This document shows positions 8,771 to 17,629 of a stretch of 32,000 nucleotides of DNA, one piece after another; within the stretch, counting starts at the first letter, position 1; every line of letters begins with the position of its first letter. The notes beneath the pieces were generated by a model, which had not been told where the DNA came from, made no database searches, and saw only the letters and a program-made list of their open reading frames with translations. The translations under genes were made by a program, and so were the position numbers. This stretch comes from an uncultured archaeon (GTDB lineage: Archaea > Asgardarchaeota > Thorarchaeia > Thorarchaeales > Thorarchaeaceae): positions 240,001 through 272,000 of the forward strand of contig CAZYLT010000001.1 in assembly GCA_964648855.1 (NCBI GenBank), read 5' to 3'.

Positions 8771-8810
8771 GCGAAGGGGAATTTTCCCCCTCGCACTAGG
8801 CTATTTTTCC
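8771..8810. terminator. GC-rich hairpin between convergent genes
   Basis: GCGAaGGGGAA-TT-TTCCCCcTCGC (8771-8794) followed by TATTTTT. Confidence 0.55.
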
Positions 8811-10393
8811 TATATTCTACCTTTATGCCGCAGCATGAAGATCACCACTATTGCAACAACAGCTCCAGCGGCAATGCTAGCAATTGCAACATTGGTAATC
8901 CACGACGTGTCGCCATCACCAGTTTCATCCGGTGGTAGAAAGGCATCTGTGTCCCGTATATAGGCTTCAAAGGCATATCGTACATGTCCCCATTGTCCCT
9001 CTTCATCTTCAGCATATACATCAAGAGTATGATTTCCTTCCTCGTCAGGTAAGCCTGTCAGTTCCGTCTGGTTTTCAGTTCCATCCCAAGAGAAGTATTT
9101 TGTCACTGGAACTTCACTGAAGTAGATTTCCGGAATGGTCCCATTTTCTTTTCGGCTTGTGTTCGCAAATCCTCTAAGAAAGATTTCAATGGGCCTTTCT
9201 GAGGGAATCTTGTGATGTTCCGTGACAACTTCAGAAGGTTTGATTACTGAGTAATCAATTTCGCTAAAACTGAAGTTGGAAGAAATAAGGTGGTTATAGG
9301 CGCCTCCCCAAGGAGTATTATACAGAGGAGCACCAGCACCTCCAGTGATGATATGTGTTACACCGTTCACAACTATTCTATTGTAAGAGTGATCATGTCC
9401 AGAGGTGAAGAATGTCACATTCTCGGCTTCAAAGAGGTTTTGAAGACGGTCGCGTTCTGTGATATTCACATCCAGAGCACTACCAATATGGCTGATTGAG
9501 TAAAGAGGCCTGTGGGCAGATACAATCTTCATTGGGCTCTGACTTGAGGATAGAGCCTCTTCCAGCCATTCATATTGCTCTCCAGTAATTCTGCCTTCAA
9601 AACCAAACTCCTCGGAATCCAATATGAAGAAGTCAGCACCGGCGTATGTCAATGTGAAGTATGTTGTAGAATGGCCAAAGTTTCGAAAGGCGTCAAAATA
9701 GTATTCTAGAAGCCGAGATCCTGTTGCTGCACCGGTATCATGATTTCCAAGGACTCCAATCAAGGGAGCATAATGATATATTCTGTCTGAAATATTTGTG
9801 AATTTATCCCATGCAACGAGATTCTGATTGTGAGAATCCGTTACTGCGTAAACGAAATCTCCAGTCATGATTACTACATGAGGCATCTCGTCTACGGCAA
9901 TGTCGATAAGTTCAGATAATACCTCGGGTTGCTCAGGGGCAGTTGACCCCGTCGGACGGTTATCACCGAGTATTACCATTCTGAATTTTCCGCCATCAGC
10001 AGGAGCCGTGAAGAAGTAATACATCTCACTCTGTGCATCACCAGATTCCACTTCATAGTAGTATTTTGTGTCAAAATTTAGGCCGGTTAATGTGACAGAG
10101 TGAACAGTATCACTTGTGGAATTGGTCATGCCTTCAAGCATGCTTGTGTTCTTGCCATAGTTTACTGTTGAAGGGGCAGATTCTGTTGTTTCCCAATATA
10201 TCGTGGCAGATTCATTCGTCGTGCTTTCAATCAATGGTCCGCGAGTAATGGTATTGGTTGCAGCCAAGTGCATTGTGTTTCCCACAGATTGTGTTGCAAT
10301 GTAAGGTGCTGCAAAAGACAGCATCAGAGGGGCGAAAAGCAATATAGCAATGAAGGATATTTCCATCGGTTTTTTCACATAAGTCACCAGCAA
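8810..10393 (-). CDS. Surface-anchored purple acid phosphatase-like metallophosphoesterase with FN3-like N-terminal domain
   Basis: Signal-like N-terminus, FN3-type region (WET...VNYG...HSVTLTGL...YYY), motifs GD, GDFVY, GNHD, AHRP, GHDHSY, C-terminal TM helix with basic tail. Confidence 0.88.
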   Translation of the reverse strand: MLVTYVKKPMEISFIAILLFAPLMLSFAAPYIATQSVGNTMHLAATNTITRGPLIESTTNESATIYWETTESAPSTVNYGKNTSMLEGMTNSTSDTVHSVTLTGLNFDTKYYYEVESGDAQSEMYYFFTAPADGGKFRMVILGDNRPTGSTAPEQPEVLSELIDIAVDEMPHVVIMTGDFVYAVTDSHNQNLVAWDKFTNISDRIYHYAPLIGVLGNHDTGAATGSRLLEYYFDAFRNFGHSTTYFTLTYAGADFFILDSEEFGFEGRITGEQYEWLEEALSSSQSPMKIVSAHRPLYSISHIGSALDVNITERDRLQNLFEAENVTFFTSGHDHSYNRIVVNGVTHIITGGAGAPLYNTPWGGAYNHLISSNFSFSEIDYSVIKPSEVVTEHHKIPSERPIEIFLRGFANTSRKENGTIPEIYFSEVPVTKYFSWDGTENQTELTGLPDEEGNHTLDVYAEDEEGQWGHVRYAFEAYIRDTDAFLPPDETGDGDTSWITNVAIASIAAGAVVAIVVIFMLRHKGRI

Positions 10394-10479
10394 ATAATAT
10401 TCGCCTCAGGACTACTTAAGAGCTAAGATTTGGTATCCGCAATAGTTTTCTTCATACTTCTCTCATCTAAGAGTGGTGT

Positions 10480-11391
10480 TTGAACGTGTATGTTAAGATA
10501 AGAGATGATGGTGCGGTTGGAATTGGAAGAGGAACAGAGGGTCCTTATGAAATTGCTATTGGCTATGGAGAGGCACATATGATAGCAGCTGCTCTCGAGA
10601 AACTGGCTCAAACTGCCAGAAGCTACAAGCAGACGTACAAGAAGACAACTGATGTGGGAAGAGGGAACAAAATAGAATTTGAGAGAACTGAAGAGGGCGA
10701 TATCATTCTAAAGGGCGATGGAAATGAGTACATGTGTACAGAGAAAGAGATACTCGAGCTCTCTGAGGTCCTGAAGCACCTTCCGCCTGTTGATATTGCG
10801 CCCCCATCGGATTATGTTAAGAAGAGGAAGCCAAAGGATGGATTCTGTCTTGAGCTAATGAATGGCGGTCAGTCGATGCCTTTGAAGCTGCCTGACGCTG
10901 CACTCATCAAGAAGTCTATTGTTTCCAGCATGGATGGCAAGTATTTCGAAGAGAAACTCAAAATTGGAAGCCGCTCAATCACCGTTCAACGAACTAGTGA
11001 CCTGAAGTGGAGTGTCACTGGTAGCAATGCCACAGTGAAGTTCACAGCATATGAAGTCGAATCACTTGTAGCTGGATTGCATAATGGTATTCTTGATGTC
11101 CTGATGGATGCCATAAAAAAATATGGTGGAGATGATCTCACAGACATCCGAGTGAAAAGCCATATTCAAAGAGTGGAGCAGGAAGCCGAAAAGATTCTGG
11201 CTGACGAAAAGAAAGCGAAAGGGATGGTGAAGCATCTAACCAAAACCACTAGTGATATCTTAGGGGCCGGTAAGGGCGCTGATGAGAGGACGGATATTTT
11301 CGTTGAGCTGACCAACCACATCTACAGAGAGCTTGCACCGGAGTTTCATGCCCCATTGTTTAACGTCATGACCGAAATTCTTGTTGAATAA
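10480..11391 (+). CDS. Hypothetical protein with repeated beta-strand/helix units
   Basis: 303-aa Lys/Glu-rich soluble ORF with TTG start after GGTG; no family recognised. Confidence 0.75.
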   Translation: MNVYVKIRDDGAVGIGRGTEGPYEIAIGYGEAHMIAAALEKLAQTARSYKQTYKKTTDVGRGNKIEFERTEEGDIILKGDGNEYMCTEKEILELSEVLKHLPPVDIAPPSDYVKKRKPKDGFCLELMNGGQSMPLKLPDAALIKKSIVSSMDGKYFEEKLKIGSRSITVQRTSDLKWSVTGSNATVKFTAYEVESLVAGLHNGILDVLMDAIKKYGGDDLTDIRVKSHIQRVEQEAEKILADEKKAKGMVKHLTKTTSDILGAGKGADERTDIFVELTNHIYRELAPEFHAPLFNVMTEILVE

Positions 11392-11408
11392 TGAGAACTT
11401 GGCAAGAA

Positions 11409-12827
11409 TCAACGGGAGCACGAAGAGGTTGACCAGGGATAGCGTTCCAAGATTCGCTGTATTAACCTCTTCGCCTTGCGTTCTTCAGACGTGTTTTCAT
11501 AAGCTAATAGAAGAACCACTCCCCCGCGCGTTCGCTTAAACTTCTGATACATGGTTTTGGTGGTATTAATAGTGTCACAAACAAGCATAACGTCAGCTTG
11601 AGGTATATCCAGATCTCTTTCTCCAACAGGGGACATTATGAGGGCACGAACATCGTCTTTGTTTTTAAACCGCTTGAGAACATCACCTTTGTCATGCGTC
11701 TGCCCAGTTATGATTTCCACTAACATACCAGCATCCTTGAATAAGCCTTCAATTTGGGAAACCATATCCAAGTATGATGTCAAAATGACAGCTTTTTCAT
11801 ACTCCTTAGCTATTTCCAGCGCCTTTGCCGCCTTTGACGAGAGTTTAGGGAGTGCACTTCTCAGGTCATCAGGATTGAAGAAACGACTCACATGCTTGTT
11901 GTAAAACATCTTGATAAACTGCTGAGGTGGCATAGCGTAAACATACTTGCGTAGCATCAGAAGACTAGAGTATCGACCCTTGAGGTCATCGCTGACGGGC
12001 AAGCGTTCTAGCATGAGATGTACTTTTCTGGGATCGTTTTCTACCATTTCCAGATTGTCATATTCTGCGAGTTCTGCCATAATCTCAATTCGAGCATCTC
12101 TGATGAGTTCATCCAAGACACGAGTAATGCTCTGTATCTTTTTGTCACTCACTAACTCAATGCTGATCTCTGTGGGGTCTAGAAATTCATCAATGTCTGT
12201 TCCATAGAGATCTTCCATTGAAATAACCTTAGCACCAGGTATATGGTGTTTCAGTGTTCGGAGTTCCTTCCTAATTTCCAGCTGTTCACTGGTGAAAACA
12301 GCATGTTCGTCCCGCAGAGTTCCGCTCATACCTATGATTCGCTTTTTACTGAAGAAAGGTAGTATGGTCGGCCAGGGAAATGTCAAAGCGCGACGTCTGC
12401 TAGTTCTTTTTATCAGCGTGTCAACCTCATTTATTAGCAGAACGTCGAAGAGCCCTGCGACATCAGGCTCCTTTTTGATCATTCCAGCCAGCACTTGGGG
12501 GGTTGCGACCACGACACGATTGTTCTTCATTACATATGGTCTGAGTGGAGATCGCACTCTGGAGGAGATTTCACCAAGGTCGTCTTCAAGACCGCCATAG
12601 TCGCCTCGCAAATACTCAACTGTTTCTGCAAGCGAGGAAGAGGAATGAACTACTATGAGAAATTTGAGTGTAGGATATCTCTCTGCAACCAGCTGGTGAG
12701 TTATGAATCTCTTGCCCAATCCGCAATCAAGCTCCAGCAGTAGATTAGTGTCCGGCAATTCCTCTATGCGATCCAGAATGTAGTTCTGGTAGCCTCTAGG
12801 GGTGTATTTTGGATTGGTCTTCGACAC
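11409..12827 (-). CDS. Hef/FANCM-like SF2 helicase homolog with degenerate catalytic motifs
   Basis: Q motif PRGYQ, motif I DCGLGKR, Ib ATPQ, II NEVD, III SGT, V GERDLDIP, VI QKFKRTRG; no ERCC4 nuclease domain. Confidence 0.8.
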   Translation of the reverse strand: MSKTNPKYTPRGYQNYILDRIEELPDTNLLLELDCGLGKRFITHQLVAERYPTLKFLIVVHSSSSLAETVEYLRGDYGGLEDDLGEISSRVRSPLRPYVMKNNRVVVATPQVLAGMIKKEPDVAGLFDVLLINEVDTLIKRTSRRRALTFPWPTILPFFSKKRIIGMSGTLRDEHAVFTSEQLEIRKELRTLKHHIPGAKVISMEDLYGTDIDEFLDPTEISIELVSDKKIQSITRVLDELIRDARIEIMAELAEYDNLEMVENDPRKVHLMLERLPVSDDLKGRYSSLLMLRKYVYAMPPQQFIKMFYNKHVSRFFNPDDLRSALPKLSSKAAKALEIAKEYEKAVILTSYLDMVSQIEGLFKDAGMLVEIITGQTHDKGDVLKRFKNKDDVRALIMSPVGERDLDIPQADVMLVCDTINTTKTMYQKFKRTRGGVVLLLAYENTSEERKAKRLIQRILERYPWSTSSCSR

Positions 12828-12869
12828 TTTTTCCGCTCTCTTTTATGACCATCCTTGAAGAGATTCTGG

Positions 12870-13748
12870 TCAGATATGCTCCCCCTCTTCAGGAATTTCT
12901 CCTGATTCGTCCTCAGCTTCATCACTATCCAATTCTGCTCGGCCGTTAATGACTTGGTGTTTCCTTATTACAGGGGAAACATCTTTCCGGGGGATTGCTT
13001 TTCCATGAACCCAAATTGTGTTAGGCGGGATGACCTTATTCTTTGGCACAACAGTATTCGCGCCAACAATTACATTATCACCAATTTCGGCTCCCGCTAG
13101 AATTACAGCATTAGCGCCAATAGTCACATTATTACCGATCTCGACAGTCTTCAGATACAACCGATCTCCCTCATAGACGTGTCCGCTCATAATTGCGTCG
13201 TAACCAAAGAAGCATTCATCACCAATTATAGTCCGTTCCGGATTGAAGAGGCGTCCGTTTCCCACAACAGTTGACTTTCCAATTTTTGCTCCAAATAGCA
13301 TGTGACGAGGTTTTGTATCCAGAAAGATTGAGAAGAACCACGCGAAATACGGAAAGAGATTGTAGTATACGACGCGATACTCATAGAGCAACCAATCCTC
13401 TGATTCCATGGGATAGTATCCATCCTCAAGGAAGGGAATACCACGAGCAGATAGCTTGAAGAAGGCCAGCAGAAAACCCAAGAAGATGCCATAGCAAAGT
13501 AATGAGATGGGAACCAGCAATGTGAGGAACCAGAACTTCTCGTATACGATTGGAGATAGCAAGTCACCCAGTATAGTCTGAGCGATAATAGGAGGATCGT
13601 CAAGTAGTCCGCCAAAGCCATTGATGATCGAGTCTATGTTTTGATAAAAGAACCAGAAAAGAAGAATGGCAGGTACAGAAGCAAAGGTCAGACTGAAGAG
13701 GAGCGAGAGGACCATATATGCACTGTACGCTATAGTTTTCAATTTCAT
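12870..13748 (-). CDS. Membrane-bound left-handed beta-helix (hexapeptide repeat) acyltransferase-like protein
   Basis: Two N-terminal TM segments; GAKIGK, IIGDECFFG, EIGNNVTIGANAVILAGAEIGDNVIVGANTVV. Confidence 0.85.
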   Translation of the reverse strand: MKLKTIAYSAYMVLSLLFSLTFASVPAILLFWFFYQNIDSIINGFGGLLDDPPIIAQTILGDLLSPIVYEKFWFLTLLVPISLLCYGIFLGFLLAFFKLSARGIPFLEDGYYPMESEDWLLYEYRVVYYNLFPYFAWFFSIFLDTKPRHMLFGAKIGKSTVVGNGRLFNPERTIIGDECFFGYDAIMSGHVYEGDRLYLKTVEIGNNVTIGANAVILAGAEIGDNVIVGANTVVPKNKVIPPNTIWVHGKAIPRKDVSPVIRKHQVINGRAELDSDEAEDESGEIPEEGEHI

Positions 13749-13882
13749 TTAGGTCACACACTAACGAAGAGTCTACTTGCCATCCATTATGCCACACATT
13801 TGAAAGTATCGCCATTCATATCCTTGCCAGCAGAAACAGATATAGAGGGCCCATAGGCACATCGCAGCATACTCACTCACAC

Positions 13883-15136
13883 ATGATGGAAGCAGACCCT
13901 ATGACTCGAAAATTTGACACCGTGATTGCTGGAACAGGCCCTGCCGGTCTCATGACTGCCGAACAATGCGCTGGAAGAGGACTAGATACATTAGTCCTTG
14001 AGAAACGAAAGGATGTCACTAGTTCACTCATGGGCGAGCTTGTGACTGATAAGGCACTTAGATTTCTTAGAGTCAACCCCAACTCGGAATATATCGGGAA
14101 TAAATTCACCCAGATAGTTGGAGAGAGCCTAGACACAGGAGCCAACATCGTCGTCGACCGAACGCTTCTGGGAAATTCATACCTGCTAGATGAAGACCGA
14201 TGTCAGGAATTAATGAGGGACCGTGCTCTAGCCCATGGTGCGGAGTTTCGCTACAACGCAAGAGTAAATTCTGTCATTCAAGAGGACGACCAAGTAGTGG
14301 GAGTAAAATATAATCAAGATGAAAAAGTGAAGGCAGGACTCACCGTGGGCGCCGATGGCTCATTCAGTAGAGTTTCAAAGACAGCAGGATTCACCCACCC
14401 CAAGTGGCTGCTCTCCTATGGATATCGATTCAAGCTGGAAAACTGCAAGAATATAGACCCAGATGTGGCGTACTTCTACGTGGGCGAGGATGTGGGCCTT
14501 GGATATCTCTGGCTTTACCCAAGAAGCGAAACCGAGGTAAACCTTGGCATTGGACGCGTTCCTTCATCTAAAGACAAGTGGGAAACACTCATGCCCATGA
14601 GAGAGGTCCTCAAGAAATACATGAAGACCCATCCGGAAACTGAGAATGCCAAGATAGCAAGTGTGAACGGTGGTGTCGTTCCATGTGCAGGGCTTATTCC
14701 ACGCTTCACTGATGCGGGTGTGTCACTCTGTGGGAACGCTGCAGGGCAGGTCTCCTCAATCGTTGGAGGGGGAGTGACGACGTGTTTTCACGCGGGTATC
14801 CTGCTCGCAAAGCATGCCAAACGAATGGCTGAGGAGGATGATTACTCTGAGAAGAGTGTCAGAGAGTACGAGAAGGAGTATAGGGGAACCAAAATCGCAA
14901 ACAACATTGTCAACACCGGCAAGGGGATGTGGGCGGTTTCCAAATTCAGCATGCATAACGACCCAATCTCTGCGGCTGAAATTGTCTTAGATGAATTAGA
15001 TGCCAGAACGCTAAACGAACTCATTCAAGGAACTGCGGGGGTCAATACATATCTAACACTGGTCTCCGAATTCCTCCCCATGGTCATGAACATAGGTTTT
15101 GGATATCTGAAAGCGATAGCAGTAAGCGGCCTCTAA
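13883..15136 (+). CDS. Geranylgeranyl reductase family FAD oxidoreductase (DGGGPL reductase-like)
   Basis: IAGTGPAG, VGADG, GYLWLYP, NLGIG, CGNAAGQV...GGG. Confidence 0.85.
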   Translation: MMEADPMTRKFDTVIAGTGPAGLMTAEQCAGRGLDTLVLEKRKDVTSSLMGELVTDKALRFLRVNPNSEYIGNKFTQIVGESLDTGANIVVDRTLLGNSYLLDEDRCQELMRDRALAHGAEFRYNARVNSVIQEDDQVVGVKYNQDEKVKAGLTVGADGSFSRVSKTAGFTHPKWLLSYGYRFKLENCKNIDPDVAYFYVGEDVGLGYLWLYPRSETEVNLGIGRVPSSKDKWETLMPMREVLKKYMKTHPETENAKIASVNGGVVPCAGLIPRFTDAGVSLCGNAAGQVSSIVGGGVTTCFHAGILLAKHAKRMAEEDDYSEKSVREYEKEYRGTKIANNIVNTGKGMWAVSKFSMHNDPISAAEIVLDELDARTLNELIQGTAGVNTYLTLVSEFLPMVMNIGFGYLKAIAVSGL

Positions 15137-15166
15137 GAATGAAGTGATGAAAAAGTGATGAAAGAT

Positions 15167-15210
15167 AAGAAAAAAGAGTTGAAGCAGAATCCACCCCGAG
15201 ATCCTGCTTC
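15167..15210 (-). terminator. Hairpin with minus-strand T-tract (possibly bidirectional)
   Basis: GAAGCAG...CTGCTTC stem (15181-15210); on the minus strand it is followed by AACTCTTTTTTCTT. Confidence 0.45.
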
Positions 15211-15410
15211 GTTTCTGCCTATCTATAACACACCCCCGATATCACGGATGCCGTGAGATACAATTTGTAGGCAAAAAACAATAGCCCTAGCCATCTTAAT
15301 AAAATTCCGTCTTTCAATGTATATCAAGTTATCATCTGAAACTATGAGCAGCTAATTGACAATTGTCGATACGAGCGAAACGGAATACGCCAGACACGAG
15401 ATTGAAAAGA

Positions 15411-15430
15411 GAGAAATAATATATTATAAG
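15411..15430 (+). promoter_or_regulatory. Putative BRE/TATA promoter for the regulator cluster
   Basis: Purine-rich GAGAAA followed by TAATATATTATAAG, about 200 bp upstream of ATG 15635. Confidence 0.45.
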
Positions 15431-15634
15431 GGTCCCCCCTCTCCGTCTCGCCTAGTTGTTCGAACGATGCCTTTTGACTTAGGTCTACCTGCCTAAGAGA
15501 TGTGGGGTTGTTGACATCTGCGATATCTTACCCAAAAGACGTAAAAGTGCATAAGGCTGTCAACCTTCATCAAGTTATCTAGTGTTGATATTGAAGCGTC
15601 CGTCTAATCAATATCATCGAGGAAGCGAAAGGCA

Positions 15635-16669
15635 ATGACCGAATACGATTACCAGGATGCCCTCTCGAAATTGGGATTAGAAATGGGAGAAGAACAGGAG
15701 AGCAGAGCCATAACTGTGCTTCGTGCAATTCTAAATACATCCGACACATTGGGAGAACCGCACTCATTTGGAGAAATCTATGACAAGATCCTGACTTCGG
15801 AAGACAAATTCCAACCATCGAAGGCATGGATCCATCGCCTGCTCAAATCACTATTAGAAGATGGCCTAATCAGACTCGAGTCCCCTGAGGCCCATAGAAA
15901 CAGGTACATTGCAGACGTGAATTCAATTGCAAATGGTCTGGAATCGATAAAGGATACACAAGAAGAGAAGCTGGAAAAGGAACTGCAGAAGCTGAAGACG
16001 GAATTAACATTCTTTTCAGAGTTGGATGTAGGTATAATTGCAGAGCAATTGATAGAAGACCTAACGGGACAACAACAGAATTTGAGTTCGCGATTTATAA
16101 GAGGCACTCAGGAGTTGCACAGAGTCCTGAAGAATAATATCCACATGCGGGCAGAAAAAGGCGACATCCTACGTTCAAATATGACTTGGCTTGGGTCCCT
16201 AGGCAAAGGGTCACAGCATCGTATCAAAAAAGACATCGAAGCAGCTAGTAGGGGAGTTGAAGTGCGATGGATGGTTAATAGTAAGATATTCCAGATGGAT
16301 GAGGAAATCAAGAGTCAGTTAAGAAAAGAAGACCTTGTCCAGCTATTCCAACTATTTTTCAAACTGAAAAGGGACAAAGTTCCATTCAATCTGAGAGTCC
16401 ACGATAGTGAAGATGCATATAATCACGTATCTCTAAATCGCGATGCTTTGGCGATGGTAATCACGGACGAGCCACTGACTGCCACATATGTGACCCGGGA
16501 TTTCAATGCAGAACTCATTGACAACACCGTTGATAGTTTTGATAAACTATGGAGCAATGCCACCCCAATCTTTGACCTAAAGAGTGGAGACCTGGAGAAA
16601 TTAGGCATAAATCCGAATGGGATTATTGGAAATACTCTTGCTAGCATTGAAACCGGAGAAAACAAATAA
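15635..16669 (+). CDS. TrmB-like transcriptional regulator (wHTH, coiled coil, PLD-like effector domain), paralog 1
   Basis: LSKLGL start, SKAWIHRLLKSLLEDGLI...RNRY wHTH, LEKELQKLK coil, FIRG...ELH, GVEVRWMV, DSFDKLW. Confidence 0.72.
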   Translation: MTEYDYQDALSKLGLEMGEEQESRAITVLRAILNTSDTLGEPHSFGEIYDKILTSEDKFQPSKAWIHRLLKSLLEDGLIRLESPEAHRNRYIADVNSIANGLESIKDTQEEKLEKELQKLKTELTFFSELDVGIIAEQLIEDLTGQQQNLSSRFIRGTQELHRVLKNNIHMRAEKGDILRSNMTWLGSLGKGSQHRIKKDIEAASRGVEVRWMVNSKIFQMDEEIKSQLRKEDLVQLFQLFFKLKRDKVPFNLRVHDSEDAYNHVSLNRDALAMVITDEPLTATYVTRDFNAELIDNTVDSFDKLWSNATPIFDLKSGDLEKLGINPNGIIGNTLASIETGENK

Positions 16670-16708
16670 AGGAAAGTCATTATGTATAGCTCAGAGGGAT
16701 GAGGGCAG

Positions 16709-17629
16709 ATGCAAAGTCCCAATCTTGAAAAGGAATTTAGCCTGCTTGGACTTGATTTAAGCGAAGTAAAGTTTCTGGTTCTCAAAGCCATAGCTGCTGC
16801 AACAAGAAAAAGTGGCACAGGCGTCGCTTTTAGAGAATTGAACCAAGCATTAACTGACTTGCGAAAGGGAAAGAAGACAGCAAAACCACAGATTTACCGC
16901 TATATTACTGAACTTGAGGAATTAGGGTTTATCACAGTGGATAGAAGTGAATATCGTAATAGGTATAGTACTAACGTTCAGTTGATTGCCGACTCGCTAA
17001 GTTCACTCAAGGATTTAACCCGAAAGGAATTGGAAAAAAAGAGCAAAACAATCAGGCAGGAGAAGAATGAGCTAGGTGAGATACCAATAACGAGATTGTC
17101 TAGAGAGTTCTCGCTTCTCCTCACTGGAGAGGAAATTGAGCAGCAGCCCAGAGTTATTGAAGGCATAGAAGCAATACATAATGTTATTGAATCCGTTTTT
17201 TACGAGTTAGCAAGTTCAGGAGATATCGTGAGGGCGACACTTGATTGGATAAGCATTCTCGAAGAGTTGGAGTATATACGATGGGAAGCTGTCAGTCAGA
17301 TTGTCGCAAAGGGGGTAGAATTTAGAATCATGTTTCGTCTAAATTCGATTCCTAGCCCTAAAACGTTGAATATGCGAAAACAAGCATATCAAAGCATAAG
17401 AAAAGAATTCAGCAATATCTCCTTGAAGCAGTCGAAGAAAGATACGAAGAGCTACGATGGAATATCTCTCAGTCGAGAAGGTGTACTTCTTGTTGTGACC
17501 GAGCGTCCTCTCACTGCAATATATGTACCCAGATCTGAAAATGCAGAACTTGTTGATAGCTATGTAAATAGTTTTGATAACGAATTTGCGGAAGCAGAGG
17601 ATGTCATTGATTTGTTGGAGGAGCCATGA
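16709..17629 (+). CDS. TrmB-like transcriptional regulator, paralog 2
   Basis: FSLLGL, AKPQIYRYITELEELGFI...RNRY, VIEGIEAI, GVEFRIM, NAELVDSYVNSFDNEF. Confidence 0.72.
   Translation: MQSPNLEKEFSLLGLDLSEVKFLVLKAIAAATRKSGTGVAFRELNQALTDLRKGKKTAKPQIYRYITELEELGFITVDRSEYRNRYSTNVQLIADSLSSLKDLTRKELEKKSKTIRQEKNELGEIPITRLSREFSLLLTGEEIEQQPRVIEGIEAIHNVIESVFYELASSGDIVRATLDWISILEELEYIRWEAVSQIVAKGVEFRIMFRLNSIPSPKTLNMRKQAYQSIRKEFSNISLKQSKKDTKSYDGISLSREGVLLVVTERPLTAIYVPRSENAELVDSYVNSFDNEFAEAEDVIDLLEEP

Noticed and set aside
15141-15165. Two GTGATGA (C-box-like) motifs suggesting a C/D box sRNA
   Set aside because: No CTGA D box at a plausible distance; the nearest is roughly 175 nt away.
15471-15538. tRNA or Moco/tungsten riboswitch identity for the leader structure
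   Set aside because: No T-loop or anticodon arm geometry, and the Moco consensus is not matched beyond CCTAAG; kept only as an unknown structure.
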